Shown: positions 10,771-20,255 of the stretch, one piece after another
How the letters are laid out: each line of letters starts with the position of its first letter
Numbering within the stretch: position 1 is the stretch's first letter
Origin: Patescibacteria group bacterium
Lineage (GTDB): Bacteria > Patescibacteriota > Microgenomatia > UBA1400 > PJMF01
Length of the DNA: 32,159 nt
Direction: 5' to 3'
Assembly (NCBI GenBank): GCA_018813375.1
Contig: JAHJBU010000049.1
Location: forward strand, 1 to 32,159
Position numbers and translations under genes: made by a program
Notes under the pieces: generated by a model
The model's database searches: none
The model's input: only the letters and a program-made list of their open reading frames with translations
Told to the model about the DNA's origin: nothing

Positions 10771-11649
10771 ATGAAAAAGAAAAATTATACTGTGAGCGTG
10801 GTGATTCCAACATATTATGGTAGGAAGTTACTAGAGAAAAATTTTAGTTCAGTTTTAATATCGCTACGTGATGGCGATGAGGTGGTTATAGTTGATGACG
10901 GTGGGTTTAAAGAGACTTTGATGTGGTTGAAGAAAAGTTTCAAGTTAAAAAAAAGTGTTGAAAATAATGACTATGTTTTATATCTAGGAGAGTATCAACA
11001 AGCTAAGAAAAAAGTCGAAATTATTTATGTAGTTAATAAAACTAACCTTCGCTTTGCTGCCAATAGCAACCTGGGAGTGAAGTTAGCTAAGAACCCTTTA
11101 ATTTTTTTAGTTAATGATGACGTGAGTACTTATCCAGATACGATTAAAAAATTAGCTCCACATTTTAAAGATAAGAATGTTTTTGCAGTGGGATGCCTAG
11201 AGTTTGATCATGAACACAATGGGGCTAAAAGCGGCAAAAATAAACTTTGGTTTGAGAGGGGAATGTTTATTCATTCTCGTGGAGATGATTTTGAATTTGG
11301 TCCTACAGCTTGGGCAAGTGGAGGTAGTGCTATGTTTAGCAGAGATAAGTGGCTAAAAATTGGTGGGTTTGATTTAGCTTATTATCCAGCTTATTGGGAG
11401 GATATTGATTTATCTTATACTGCTCGTAAAAAAGGCTGGAAAGTTTTATTTAATCCAGAGGCTAAGGTAAGTCATAACCATGAAACTACCAACATTAATG
11501 TTTTTAAGCAAAGAAAAATAGAGCAGATGAGCTGGCGGCATGCTAATATTTTTACTTGGAAGTATGCTGATATCTGGCAAAAAATAGCCTATTTGCTGTG
11601 GAAGCCATACTGGTGGGTTCAACGCAAGCGCACTAAAATAAAATTATGA
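10771..11649 (+). CDS. GT2 glycosyltransferase (WbbL-like)
   Basis: VSVVIPTY, EVVIVDDG, FLVNDD, GGFDLAYYPAYWEDIDL. Confidence 0.88.
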   Translation: MKKKNYTVSVVIPTYYGRKLLEKNFSSVLISLRDGDEVVIVDDGGFKETLMWLKKSFKLKKSVENNDYVLYLGEYQQAKKKVEIIYVVNKTNLRFAANSNLGVKLAKNPLIFLVNDDVSTYPDTIKKLAPHFKDKNVFAVGCLEFDHEHNGAKSGKNKLWFERGMFIHSRGDDFEFGPTAWASGGSAMFSRDKWLKIGGFDLAYYPAYWEDIDLSYTARKKGWKVLFNPEAKVSHNHETTNINVFKQRKIEQMSWRHANIFTWKYADIWQKIAYLLWKPYWWVQRKRTKIKL

Positions 11650-13355
11650 CCTTAATTAAGCGCTATAGTAGTTTTTTATTGTTAGTTTTAGTTTTGTTTT
11701 CTTTTTCAATTCGTTTTTTGTGGTTGGATAGATCTCCCAGAGGTTTATTAATTGACGAAGCTCATTTTGGGTACATTTCTTACTCTTTAGTAGAGACGGG
11801 GAGAGACGAGCACGGAATTTCCTGGCCAATAGTATTCAAGGGTTTTGGTGATCAAAAATTACCAGTTCAAGCATATTTGTTAATGCCGTTTATCAAATTT
11901 ATCGGTTTAAATTCGGTTGCGGTGCGTTTGCCTTCGGCAATTGCAGGATCATTATTAGTGGTTGCAATCTATTGGTTATTGAGGGAATTTAAAATTAAGG
12001 AAGAATTAGCTTTATTTGGGGCATTAATTGTGACCCTAAGCCCATGGACTTTTATTTTGAGTCGCTTTGCATATGAGGCAAATATAGCTTTATTATTTTT
12101 TACTTTAGCAATAACTTTTTTATATAAAATTACACACAAAAAAGGCTGGCTATGGGCAATTATGTCAGCACTTTTAATGGCCTTAACTTGGTATACTTAC
12201 ATTGCTTTCCGTCCTATTACGTTGCTGTTCTCTACTGGATTTTTAATTTTTTTGTTAGCAACTAAGCAAATTAAATGGCAGAAGGCGATGCTGTTTGTGG
12301 TTATTTTTGGTGCCTTAGTAGCACCGCTTTTTCATTCTTCAATAGCTACTAGTTCAATAGCGCGATTTAACCAAGTCGGAATTGTAGCTGATGAGGGTTT
12401 AGTGATGGCAATTAATCAAAACCGGACTTTTTGTCATGATAAATTACCGCGCATCTTGTGCTATGGATTGTGGAATAAGCCACTTTACATTGGTAAAGAA
12501 TTAATCCAGCGTTTTGCAACCACTTATTCTTCACAGTTTTTGTTTACTGTCGGTGATGCTCAGCTTCGTTATCAATCAGTTGAGGATTTTGGGCAGTTCT
12601 ATTTAGTTTTATTACCATTGTTATTTTTGGGGACAATAGGGATTTTATTTAGGGTTGAGGCGCAATCAACCGCTAATAATGCGCGGGTGTTTGTGATATT
12701 GGGCTTATTGATTGCGCCTATTTCATCTATTTTAGCTGGGCAGCCACAGATGGTACGGTTGACGCCACTATTGCCTTTTTTGATTTTTAGCATGGCTTTA
12801 GGGCTACAAGTTTTTTGGCAGTTTTTACCAAAAGTTAGCTGGCAAAAAATTATTTGCGGAGGACTAGTAGCTATTTTTATTTTTTCAAGTCTCCCCTTCT
12901 TAGTTAATTTTTACACCATCCACACAGTTAAACATGATGGGGTTTATCAATCATATTTACCAGAGCTATTTGAGGTTTTGGATTCTTATCCTAAGCAGAT
13001 TTCAATTTATATTAAACCATTTTTCTCTGATCCGATTATGGCTTATGCTTATTATGGAAAAATAGACCCAGATCATTACCAAAAAAGTGTCCAGTTAGGC
13101 AAAATGGAGGAATCTGGTTTTCAGCACGCGATAGGCTTAGATAATTTCAAGGTTTCTGAGGAACCAATGGTAAATTTAGGATGTCGAGCAGTCAAAGAGA
13201 ATAAAGAAGCATATTACGTGACAAATGAAGAATTTAAAAGACCACCGATTGAATATTTGTATAGAGTAGCATCAGAAAACGGCGCAGTTTATTATGCTTA
13301 TATTTATGATGCAGCTGGGTATGCAATCAAACATCCAGAGTTGTGTTTGGATTAA
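11646..13355 (+). CDS. ArnT/PMT-like (GT-C) polytopic membrane glycosyltransferase
   Basis: DE motif in first loop (LLIDEAHFGY), ETGRDEHG, FKGFGDQKLP, VRLPSA, SRFAYEA; multiple TM helices and a soluble C-terminal tail. Confidence 0.85.
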   Translation: MTLIKRYSSFLLLVLVLFSFSIRFLWLDRSPRGLLIDEAHFGYISYSLVETGRDEHGISWPIVFKGFGDQKLPVQAYLLMPFIKFIGLNSVAVRLPSAIAGSLLVVAIYWLLREFKIKEELALFGALIVTLSPWTFILSRFAYEANIALLFFTLAITFLYKITHKKGWLWAIMSALLMALTWYTYIAFRPITLLFSTGFLIFLLATKQIKWQKAMLFVVIFGALVAPLFHSSIATSSIARFNQVGIVADEGLVMAINQNRTFCHDKLPRILCYGLWNKPLYIGKELIQRFATTYSSQFLFTVGDAQLRYQSVEDFGQFYLVLLPLLFLGTIGILFRVEAQSTANNARVFVILGLLIAPISSILAGQPQMVRLTPLLPFLIFSMALGLQVFWQFLPKVSWQKIICGGLVAIFIFSSLPFLVNFYTIHTVKHDGVYQSYLPELFEVLDSYPKQISIYIKPFFSDPIMAYAYYGKIDPDHYQKSVQLGKMEESGFQHAIGLDNFKVSEEPMVNLGCRAVKENKEAYYVTNEEFKRPPIEYLYRVASENGAVYYAYIYDAAGYAIKHPELCLD

Positions 13356-13358
13356 GTG

Positions 13359-14594
13359 CTATTGCATGTGAGCATACAGAGTCATAGTTCCGTCTTCATG
13401 AAAAACTCTAGCATGATTGCCCAGAGAGGTTGCCCCTCGGTAAAAATAGGCCACTCCTTTTTTAACAGATTTAATGGCTAGATTATTAGAATCTGCCATA
13501 TCAACCCCACGATGAAAATTACCCTGATAAACAGAAGAGTAAGGAGTATTTCCATAACACTGAGTAATTCTAGGGTTATTCATAGGCCAAGTTGAGCCAC
13601 CACTACCAATTGATTTTGAGATACCAGATGAAATATCATTGCAAGAGCGAGATTCAAAATAAACATTTTTTGAAATCAAGACAGAAAATGGATCCTTATT
13701 CCTAGAGAAGTAGTAAGAATTGCCGGCAAATAAATCATCATTTTCATCCTCTTTTAGATTAAAGTAGCTGAAATGCAAGTGAGGACCGGTTGAGAAGCCA
13801 GTGCTACCCATAAATCCGAGCACTTCTCCTTCAGACACTTCTCTTTTACCAGCGAATTTGGCATTAACTAATGCTTGTAGCTCAGCTTGAGCTTCAGACA
13901 AAAGTTGTTGATATCTAGATTCATCGTGTTTAGTAACAACTAATAAATATTCTTTTTCCTGTTTTTGATTAGCCAGAGCAATTCTTTGTGTCTCTAGTTT
14001 TTTTTCAATTATTTCTAACTCGTTTTGTTTTTCCTCTTTAAGATTTTTTTGTTCATCGTAAATCAAGCGTTGAGATTCAGCCCGATGCATGGCTTCTATA
14101 GTTTGTTTTTTAGCTAATTTAATGTATTTATACTCAGATAAAAAATTATTAATGGAGTTGCCTTTGAATAATAAAAATATTGGTTCGATTTGAGTTCGTT
14201 TATATTGCTCACTAACTCTTTTTACTAAAATTGAGCTAAGCCTATCTAAAGAAATATTTAGACCACCAATTCTCTCAGTTAATTCTTTAATTTCTTGCTG
14301 TAACTTTTGAATTTGAAATAAGGTCTGATTTATTTGTAGCTGTCCAATTGCAATATTTCCATCAATAATGCCAATGGTAGTACTAAGTGATTGCTTTTCT
14401 TGCTGTTTCTGGCTAACTAAATTACTACATTCGCTAATCGTATCTCGAAGACATTGTTGTTTATCATCGACATTTTCACAAGAATTAGCATCACAGCTGA
14501 CTCCATAAGCAAATCTAGGACTTAAAAAAATACTCAACCCAATTAATAAAAAAAAGATGCTGATAAACGAATGCTGTCGAATTTTATTATGCAT
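13359..14594 (-). CDS. Secreted coiled-coil plus M23 (LytM-type) metallopeptidase, probable FtsEX-associated peptidoglycan hydrolase; motifs in permuted order
   Basis: N-terminal signal-like hydrophobic stretch, ~200-aa Q/E/K-rich coiled coil, GFMGSTGFSTGPHLHF, FHRGVDM, GNHARVFHEDGTMTLYAHMQ; immediately downstream of ftsX. Confidence 0.88.
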   Translation of the reverse strand: MHNKIRQHSFISIFFLLIGLSIFLSPRFAYGVSCDANSCENVDDKQQCLRDTISECSNLVSQKQQEKQSLSTTIGIIDGNIAIGQLQINQTLFQIQKLQQEIKELTERIGGLNISLDRLSSILVKRVSEQYKRTQIEPIFLLFKGNSINNFLSEYKYIKLAKKQTIEAMHRAESQRLIYDEQKNLKEEKQNELEIIEKKLETQRIALANQKQEKEYLLVVTKHDESRYQQLLSEAQAELQALVNAKFAGKREVSEGEVLGFMGSTGFSTGPHLHFSYFNLKEDENDDLFAGNSYYFSRNKDPFSVLISKNVYFESRSCNDISSGISKSIGSGGSTWPMNNPRITQCYGNTPYSSVYQGNFHRGVDMADSNNLAIKSVKKGVAYFYRGATSLGNHARVFHEDGTMTLYAHMQ

Positions 14595-14598
14595 AATT

Positions 14599-15465
14599 TC
14601 ATTTCATCATCCTTTTTACCGCGGTCATTCCGGAAAATCCTCCCAGTAAAATAGCAATTAGGGTTCCAGTACTTAGTTGAATGGCAAAGATTTCCCAGGG
14701 TACCGGCAGTAGAGAAATCGTACCTAAGAAATTTTTTAGCCAGGGAGTTAGATAGAGTAGAGCAACAAACATTATTCCCCACCCAACTAAAGATCCCACT
14801 AATCCATAAATGACCCCTTCAAAGAAAAAAGGTGCTTTAATAAACCAACTACTGGCACCTAAGAATTTCATAATCTGAATTGCATTTTTTCGTTGTGTGA
14901 CCTTCATACTCACCAGAGCAGTAATAATTAAAAATGAAGTTAGTCCTAGAACCATTACTGCAGCGATGCCAATATACCGCAGAGATGTTGTCCAGTTAGT
15001 TAATGAGTCAACAATGTCTTGTTGGAAAACTACTTCCTCAATTTCATCTAAAGTTTCTAAGTCATTCTTGATTTGTACCAAAGACGAAATTTCATCTGCC
15101 GAGACCTCTATGCTCGCGGGTAAAATATCAGCAGTCACTAGCTCTAGTAATAACGGATCATCCTTATTCTCCATGCGGTAAACAGATAAAGCCTCCTCTT
15201 GAGTAATAAGTTTAATGTCATTGACATAAGATTTTTGTTGTACTTGCTGACCCACTTGATTAATCTCACTGGTAGAAGCATCTAGTTCAAAAAAGCCAAT
15301 GACCTGAGGTCTAGTTTCAAAATAATTCAAGATTTGTTGAGTGCCTAAAATTATTAATGAAAAAAAGTAGGCTACAAATAAAGTCATTGTAGTTATCACT
15401 ATGGCGGTCAAACTCTGAAAAGGTGAGCGGCGAATATTGGTAAAAGCTGAGGAAAGAGGGTTCAT
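14599..15465 (-). CDS. ftsX: Cell division permease FtsX
   Basis: 4-TM layout with extracellular loop, IMKFLGASSWFIKAPFFFEG motif, overlaps ftsE stop. Confidence 0.93.
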   Translation of the reverse strand: MNPLSSAFTNIRRSPFQSLTAIVITTMTLFVAYFFSLIILGTQQILNYFETRPQVIGFFELDASTSEINQVGQQVQQKSYVNDIKLITQEEALSVYRMENKDDPLLLELVTADILPASIEVSADEISSLVQIKNDLETLDEIEEVVFQQDIVDSLTNWTTSLRYIGIAAVMVLGLTSFLIITALVSMKVTQRKNAIQIMKFLGASSWFIKAPFFFEGVIYGLVGSLVGWGIMFVALLYLTPWLKNFLGTISLLPVPWEIFAIQLSTGTLIAILLGGFSGMTAVKRMMK

Positions 15466-16214
15466 TCTTTAATTTTCCTTTTTATTTTTTTCAGATTAAG
15501 CTTTTTCTTCTCATCCTTGAGTTTTTTTGGTTTGCTTTTGATTTTCTTTTTATGACTGTCAGATATTAGCTCGCCATCTTTTAACTCAATTTTTCTGGTA
15601 TCTTTTAAATCATCTAAAACCACTACGTCATGGGTAGCTAATAAAACCGTAGTGCCCAGCTCATTGATTTTTTTAAGGAGTCTAATAATAGATAAAGTTG
15701 TTTCTTGATCAAGATTGCCCGTGGGTTCATCAGCAAATATTACTGCTGGAGCAGTTGCTAGTGCTCGAGCAATACTGACTCTTTGAGCTTCACCGCCTGA
15801 TAATTCTTTTAGGAAAAGATTTGCCTTGTTTTCTAAATGAACGAGTTTCAATAGATCAGTGACTCTTTCCTCGATGTTTTTTTGTGATTTACCAGCAATT
15901 AAAAGAGGTAGGGCGATATTTTCCCAAACATTGGACTCAGGTAAAAGACGATAGTCTTGAAAGATTACTCCTATTTTACGGCGGTGATCTGGGAGTAATC
16001 TAGGTTTTATTTTTTCTAGATAAGTATCATTAAAAAGAATTCGGCCTTCATCGGGTTGATATTCCTTAGTAATTAGTCTCATAAGAGTGGTTTTACCACT
16101 CCCAGTGGGTCCAGTAATTAAAACTAACTCACCATCTTCAATTAGAAAACTAACTTTTTTTACTCCGTAGGTATCGTTAAAAAATTTTTTGGAGACTTTG
16201 TCAAAAATAATCAT
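15462..16214 (-). CDS. ftsE: Cell division ATP-binding protein FtsE
   Basis: Walker A GPTGSGKTT, RRKIGVIFQDYRLL, LSGGEAQR, ADEPTGNLD, ATHD; upstream of ftsX. Confidence 0.95.
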   Translation of the reverse strand: MIIFDKVSKKFFNDTYGVKKVSFLIEDGELVLITGPTGSGKTTLMRLITKEYQPDEGRILFNDTYLEKIKPRLLPDHRRKIGVIFQDYRLLPESNVWENIALPLLIAGKSQKNIEERVTDLLKLVHLENKANLFLKELSGGEAQRVSIARALATAPAVIFADEPTGNLDQETTLSIIRLLKKINELGTTVLLATHDVVVLDDLKDTRKIELKDGELISDSHKKKIKSKPKKLKDEKKKLNLKKIKRKIKE

Positions 16215-16224
16215 AGGCAGATTT

Positions 16225-16254
16225 AGTGTAGCGTTTCTGTAGATGGTAATGCAA
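16225..16254 (-). promoter_or_regulatory. Sigma70-type promoter for ftsE-ftsX-M23
   Basis: Minus strand TTGCAT (16254-16249), 18 nt spacer, TACACT (16230-16225), 10 nt before the ftsE ATG. Confidence 0.6.
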
Positions 16255-16274
16255 GTTTACTTGGCGCCAACAGT

Positions 16275-16826
16275 TTACTTGGCGCTTGGTGCTTGGCCTT
16301 CAAGATTTGTTATTTCAATTCTACCCACATCCATTAGCCAGCCAGCCTTTTGACCTTTAAAAGTTTCACCCCAAATTTTAACATCCATGCCGACAAATTT
16401 ATCTAGATCAGTAATAGAAGAGGTTAGGTAGACTGTTTGAGAAACTCCACCAGGCCTGATTAGTTTATGAGAGCCTTCGCCATCAATTCCTCCAGCTTCT
16501 AAGTAGCCTTGGGCTGAATCTTTAAATGTGTTTTCGTCTTGAACTCCAAATACATCACCAGTTTTGACCTGACCTTCTTGAGCTATTCGTTGCAGGCTTG
16601 ATGGACTAGGGAATAAGGCACTAGATTTATTTTTAAGTTTATAACCACCATAACCAGTGGCTGCTCCGGCTATTACTGCGATCACTCCTAAAATAATTAT
16701 AAGTTTGGGAAAATGAGGTGTCATAGGATTGTCATTATTATCGGTTAACAAGCTTTCGTCAACAGCTTTTTCTGCTGAGATAGCTTCTTCTTGTTTTTCT
16801 TCTTGCTTAAGTTCAATTTTATACAT
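16275..16826 (-). CDS. Hypothetical single-pass membrane protein with small beta-rich (possibly OB-like) C-terminal domain
   Basis: Acidic N-terminus, TM at ~aa 43-62, Gly-rich globular C-terminal domain; fold assignment is a guess. Confidence 0.75.
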   Translation of the reverse strand: MYKIELKQEEKQEEAISAEKAVDESLLTDNNDNPMTPHFPKLIIILGVIAVIAGAATGYGGYKLKNKSSALFPSPSSLQRIAQEGQVKTGDVFGVQDENTFKDSAQGYLEAGGIDGEGSHKLIRPGGVSQTVYLTSSITDLDKFVGMDVKIWGETFKGQKAGWLMDVGRIEITNLEGQAPSAK

Positions 16827-16858
16827 GTTTATATCATACTCATTTTATTTCTGGTTGG

Positions 16859-17950
16859 CTAGAGTTTTATGATTTCTTCTCTAATGAATTGATCTAAGTC
16901 ACCGTCTAAAACGCCAGCAGTATCTGAGGTTTCATATTTAGTGCGTGTATCTTTAACTAGTTGGTAAGGATGAAGGATATAGTTGCGGATTTGAGTTCCC
17001 CATGAGGCTTGTATATGTTTGCCCTTAACTTGGGCTAATTCTTGCTTTTGTTTTTGTTCTTCTTGCTTAGCCAAGATGGCCCTGAGTTTTTTTAAGGCTC
17101 TCTCTTTGTTTTGAATCTGGCTTCGTTCTTCTCTGCATTTAACAATGATTTTAGTAGGAACATGAGTCAGCTCAACTGCCGTGTTAACCTTATTCACATT
17201 TTGACCACCTGCTCCCCCAGAGCGGCTAAACTGCCATTGTAAATCACTGTTTTTTATTTCAATCTCTTTATTGTCTGATTCTATAAGTGGTAAAACTTCT
17301 ACTAATGCAAACGAAGTTTGGCGCAAATTATCAGCATTGAAAGGACTCAAGCGTACCAAGCGATGAGTGCCAGCTTCATGTTTTAAAAAACCATATGCAT
17401 AATTAGTACCAATTTCATACTCACAGCTTTTAATCCCAGCCTCGTCTCCACGCGATTCCAAGATAAATTGATGCTTCCAATTTTGTCTTTCAAAGTATCT
17501 CAGATACATTCGTTGTAGCATTTCTGTCCAGTCCATGGCTTCGGTTCCACCTTGTCCAGCGTGAATGGAAAGAATAGCTCCGCATGCATCATATTTGCCA
17601 TTTAGGAATTGGTTAAGCTCTAGATTTTTTACTTTGCTATGAAATTTTGGTAATAAAGAGATAACTTCTTTTTCAATACTGGCGTCATCGGCCTCTGTTA
17701 ATAACTCTATCATTGTTTGTAAATCTTGAGCTTGTTTTTGTACTGTTGTGATTTGATCTAGCTTAGATTGCAACTGCGCAATTTGTTGGGTTATTGCTTG
17801 AGCATCTGATTTATTCCAGAAATCAGTCTGGTAAGTTTGTTTTTGTAGCTTTTCAAGCTCGATTTTAATTTGTTTAATATCAAGACCAGCTAATATTTTT
17901 TTAGCTCTAGTTATGAGTTCATTGGATTTTTCTTGAGTCTGCTGGGTCAT
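16859..17950 (-). CDS. prfB: Peptide chain release factor 2 (continuous ORF; likely start ATG 17950 rather than TTG 17971)
   Basis: GQGGTEAMDW, HRLVRLSPF (SPF = RF2 specificity), SGGAGGQNVNK (GGQ), WGTQIRNY. Confidence 0.97.
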   Translation of the reverse strand: MTQQTQEKSNELITRAKKILAGLDIKQIKIELEKLQKQTYQTDFWNKSDAQAITQQIAQLQSKLDQITTVQKQAQDLQTMIELLTEADDASIEKEVISLLPKFHSKVKNLELNQFLNGKYDACGAILSIHAGQGGTEAMDWTEMLQRMYLRYFERQNWKHQFILESRGDEAGIKSCEYEIGTNYAYGFLKHEAGTHRLVRLSPFNADNLRQTSFALVEVLPLIESDNKEIEIKNSDLQWQFSRSGGAGGQNVNKVNTAVELTHVPTKIIVKCREERSQIQNKERALKKLRAILAKQEEQKQKQELAQVKGKHIQASWGTQIRNYILHPYQLVKDTRTKYETSDTAGVLDGDLDQFIREEIIKL

Positions 17951-17967
17951 TGAGCGTATTGTAGCAG

Positions 17968-19488
17968 TCAAGGAGTTAATTCTACGAGCGTATCTTTATT
18001 TAGCTCAAATGATTGAGCTTGGCCTTGATAAGAGACATTGTATAGGGTTGGTGGCAAGCCAGCTTGTTTTTGGATCCAGATTGCTTTCTGCCCAGGCTGC
18101 TCATAATGAGTGAAGTTAATCAAGAGTTTTTTAGATGATTTCTCTGGAATAGTAATTAGAAAACCAATTTGTTTGAAAGATTTATTTTTAGAATTAGTAA
18201 TTAATTCCTCATTCCAGTTAGTGATTTTTGAATTATCAAAAATAATGTCTTGAACATTAAAATTTGTAGGAACAATAAAACGTTGATAGTTCACATAGGT
18301 TAGGTGATTGGCTTGGTCTTTATTTTCATTACTAGTTGTTGGTGGATAATTGTGATTGGTAAAATCAACCTTAATTTGAGTAGAGAATTTTTCTAAGTTA
18401 ATAGTCACAGCTCTATCTAGGTGTTGATTAGCTTTATTAATACCAACGTTTGATTCCACTAACATTAAAGAAGTAGTATGTGTGTGTTTAGATAATTGTC
18501 CAGCAATCTGTAGTTTTTCAAAAATTAATTGAAGTTCTGGATCATGCGAGAAAAACTGGAGATCTTTATGCCAAGCACTGTTGATAATTTCTTTTGCTAG
18601 AGATTTTTGTTTTAATGTATCCAAATCCCCTAATTTAATAATTAGTTGATTAAAGAAAGTAGAAAGAAAATGCTGTTTTTGTTGGCTGCCGGGGAAAAAT
18701 AGATTTCTATCAACTCTGGCAATATCTGCAAAATTTTTATCTGTAACAATTTGATCATAATCTTTTATATATATCGGTCCTGTTATTGCTAAGATTTTTT
18801 CAACTATAGGCAAATTAACAGCAATAGCTCCATCAATACCCGCTTCTTTTCCCCAAGCTAGATAGGTTAAAATTTGTTGAGCACTAGTTGGAAAATCGGG
18901 GTGCCAATTGGCATCACGCAGTCTCAAGCCATCTCCTCCACTTAGGTATTCTTTTGCGCCAGTTGGAGCTTGGATAAACCAATTAAATTGACCATCGGGA
19001 ACATAAATATCTTGGATTTCAAAAGAAGTTAGCACACCTTCATCTAACTCTAGTTTTGCATAAGAACCAAGAAAACCACCTGTTGCTCTAAGTTCTTCAC
19101 TATTTTGAAATAATAAAACATAATTTTGTTTTCCAGTTAGAATTTTCTCCGCAATAACGGCTAGGTCTTGTCCAATGGTGAGTTGGTCATATAGTTGATC
19201 ATATTGATTTTTAATAATTTTTTTAGCCAACCATGATTTCTGACTTTGATTAATAAAAGTATTAAGAGTTTGATCAAGTTTGATTAAATTAGTTTTTAAT
19301 TCAACTGCATTGGTTTGTTGTTTTTTTGGATTATCAATAAAGATATTTTGTCCATAATTAGTTGCGCTAATTAGAGTTTGCTGGGAAATTTTTATTAGTT
19401 TTAAACTAGTCAAAGCTAGCTTTAGAGTTGGAAGTGAAAATCCAACAAAAATTATCAATAAAAGAATAATAATCCACCTGGATTTCAT
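17968..19488 (-). CDS. DUF4012-type membrane-anchored protein (likely start ATG 19488)
   Basis: N-terminal TM; YVLLFQNSEELRATGGFLGSY, LRDANWHPDFP, VESNVGINKAN motifs. Confidence 0.85.
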   Translation of the reverse strand: MKSRWIIILLLIIFVGFSLPTLKLALTSLKLIKISQQTLISATNYGQNIFIDNPKKQQTNAVELKTNLIKLDQTLNTFINQSQKSWLAKKIIKNQYDQLYDQLTIGQDLAVIAEKILTGKQNYVLLFQNSEELRATGGFLGSYAKLELDEGVLTSFEIQDIYVPDGQFNWFIQAPTGAKEYLSGGDGLRLRDANWHPDFPTSAQQILTYLAWGKEAGIDGAIAVNLPIVEKILAITGPIYIKDYDQIVTDKNFADIARVDRNLFFPGSQQKQHFLSTFFNQLIIKLGDLDTLKQKSLAKEIINSAWHKDLQFFSHDPELQLIFEKLQIAGQLSKHTHTTSLMLVESNVGINKANQHLDRAVTINLEKFSTQIKVDFTNHNYPPTTSNENKDQANHLTYVNYQRFIVPTNFNVQDIIFDNSKITNWNEELITNSKNKSFKQIGFLITIPEKSSKKLLINFTHYEQPGQKAIWIQKQAGLPPTLYNVSYQGQAQSFELNKDTLVELTP

Positions 19489-19509
19489 ATATAGACATTG
19501 TGCCACAAA

Positions 19510-20175
19510 TTATTTAAAGATGACGGAAAGAATTTTATCACCTTGTTCAATCTGACCGAGCACTTCTAGGCCAGTTATGATTTCACCAAAAACAGCATGT
19601 TTGCCATCTAGCCAAGGAGTGGCTTCATAAGTAATGAAAAATTGACTCCCACCAGTATTGGGACCAGAGTTAGCCATAGAAAGAACGCCGGCTTTATCAT
19701 GTGTTAGCTCTGGATGAAATTCATCAGCAATTTGGTAGCCAGGTCCACCTGTACCCCAACGGGCTTCCTGACTTGGATCTTTAGTAAGAGGATCGCCAAC
19801 CTGGGCCATGAAATTTTCAATCACTCTGTGAAAAATAATTCCGTTATAAAAACCTTCTTTGGCTAAGGTTAAAAAGTTAATTGTAGTCAGAGGAGCTTTG
19901 TCCCTAAAAAGAGCAAAGGTCATATCTCCTTTTGTAGTTGTTAGTGTAGCTTGGGTAGCCTCAATAGGCTCAAAATCATTTAATGATTTCATAAGAGTGT
20001 TGTCTTTCTGTTCTTGATTATTATTTAAAGGGCTAGGGGGAGTTTGTTCGGCTTGGTTTTGATCAAGATCAATATTTTTAGTGAGTTTGATATTTTGATC
20101 AGAAGCTGTTTGATTGCAGCCAGCAAAAATAAAACTGCTAATTAATATTATAAATAAGAAGGAAAATTTTTTCAT
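19510..20175 (-). CDS. Cyclophilin-type peptidyl-prolyl isomerase, probable lipoprotein
   Basis: MKK + hydrophobic stretch + FAGC lipobox; [50 protein letters not shown]. Confidence 0.95.
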   Translation of the reverse strand: MKKFSFLFIILISSFIFAGCNQTASDQNIKLTKNIDLDQNQAEQTPPSPLNNNQEQKDNTLMKSLNDFEPIEATQATLTTTKGDMTFALFRDKAPLTTINFLTLAKEGFYNGIIFHRVIENFMAQVGDPLTKDPSQEARWGTGGPGYQIADEFHPELTHDKAGVLSMANSGPNTGGSQFFITYEATPWLDGKHAVFGEIITGLEVLGQIEQGDKILSVIFK

Positions 20176-20255
20176 ATGAAGAGAAGTATAAACAAGAAGG
20201 AGGTGAAAACAAAGCCTACTTTTTGCAAAGAATTATTTAGCAATAAATATTTTAT

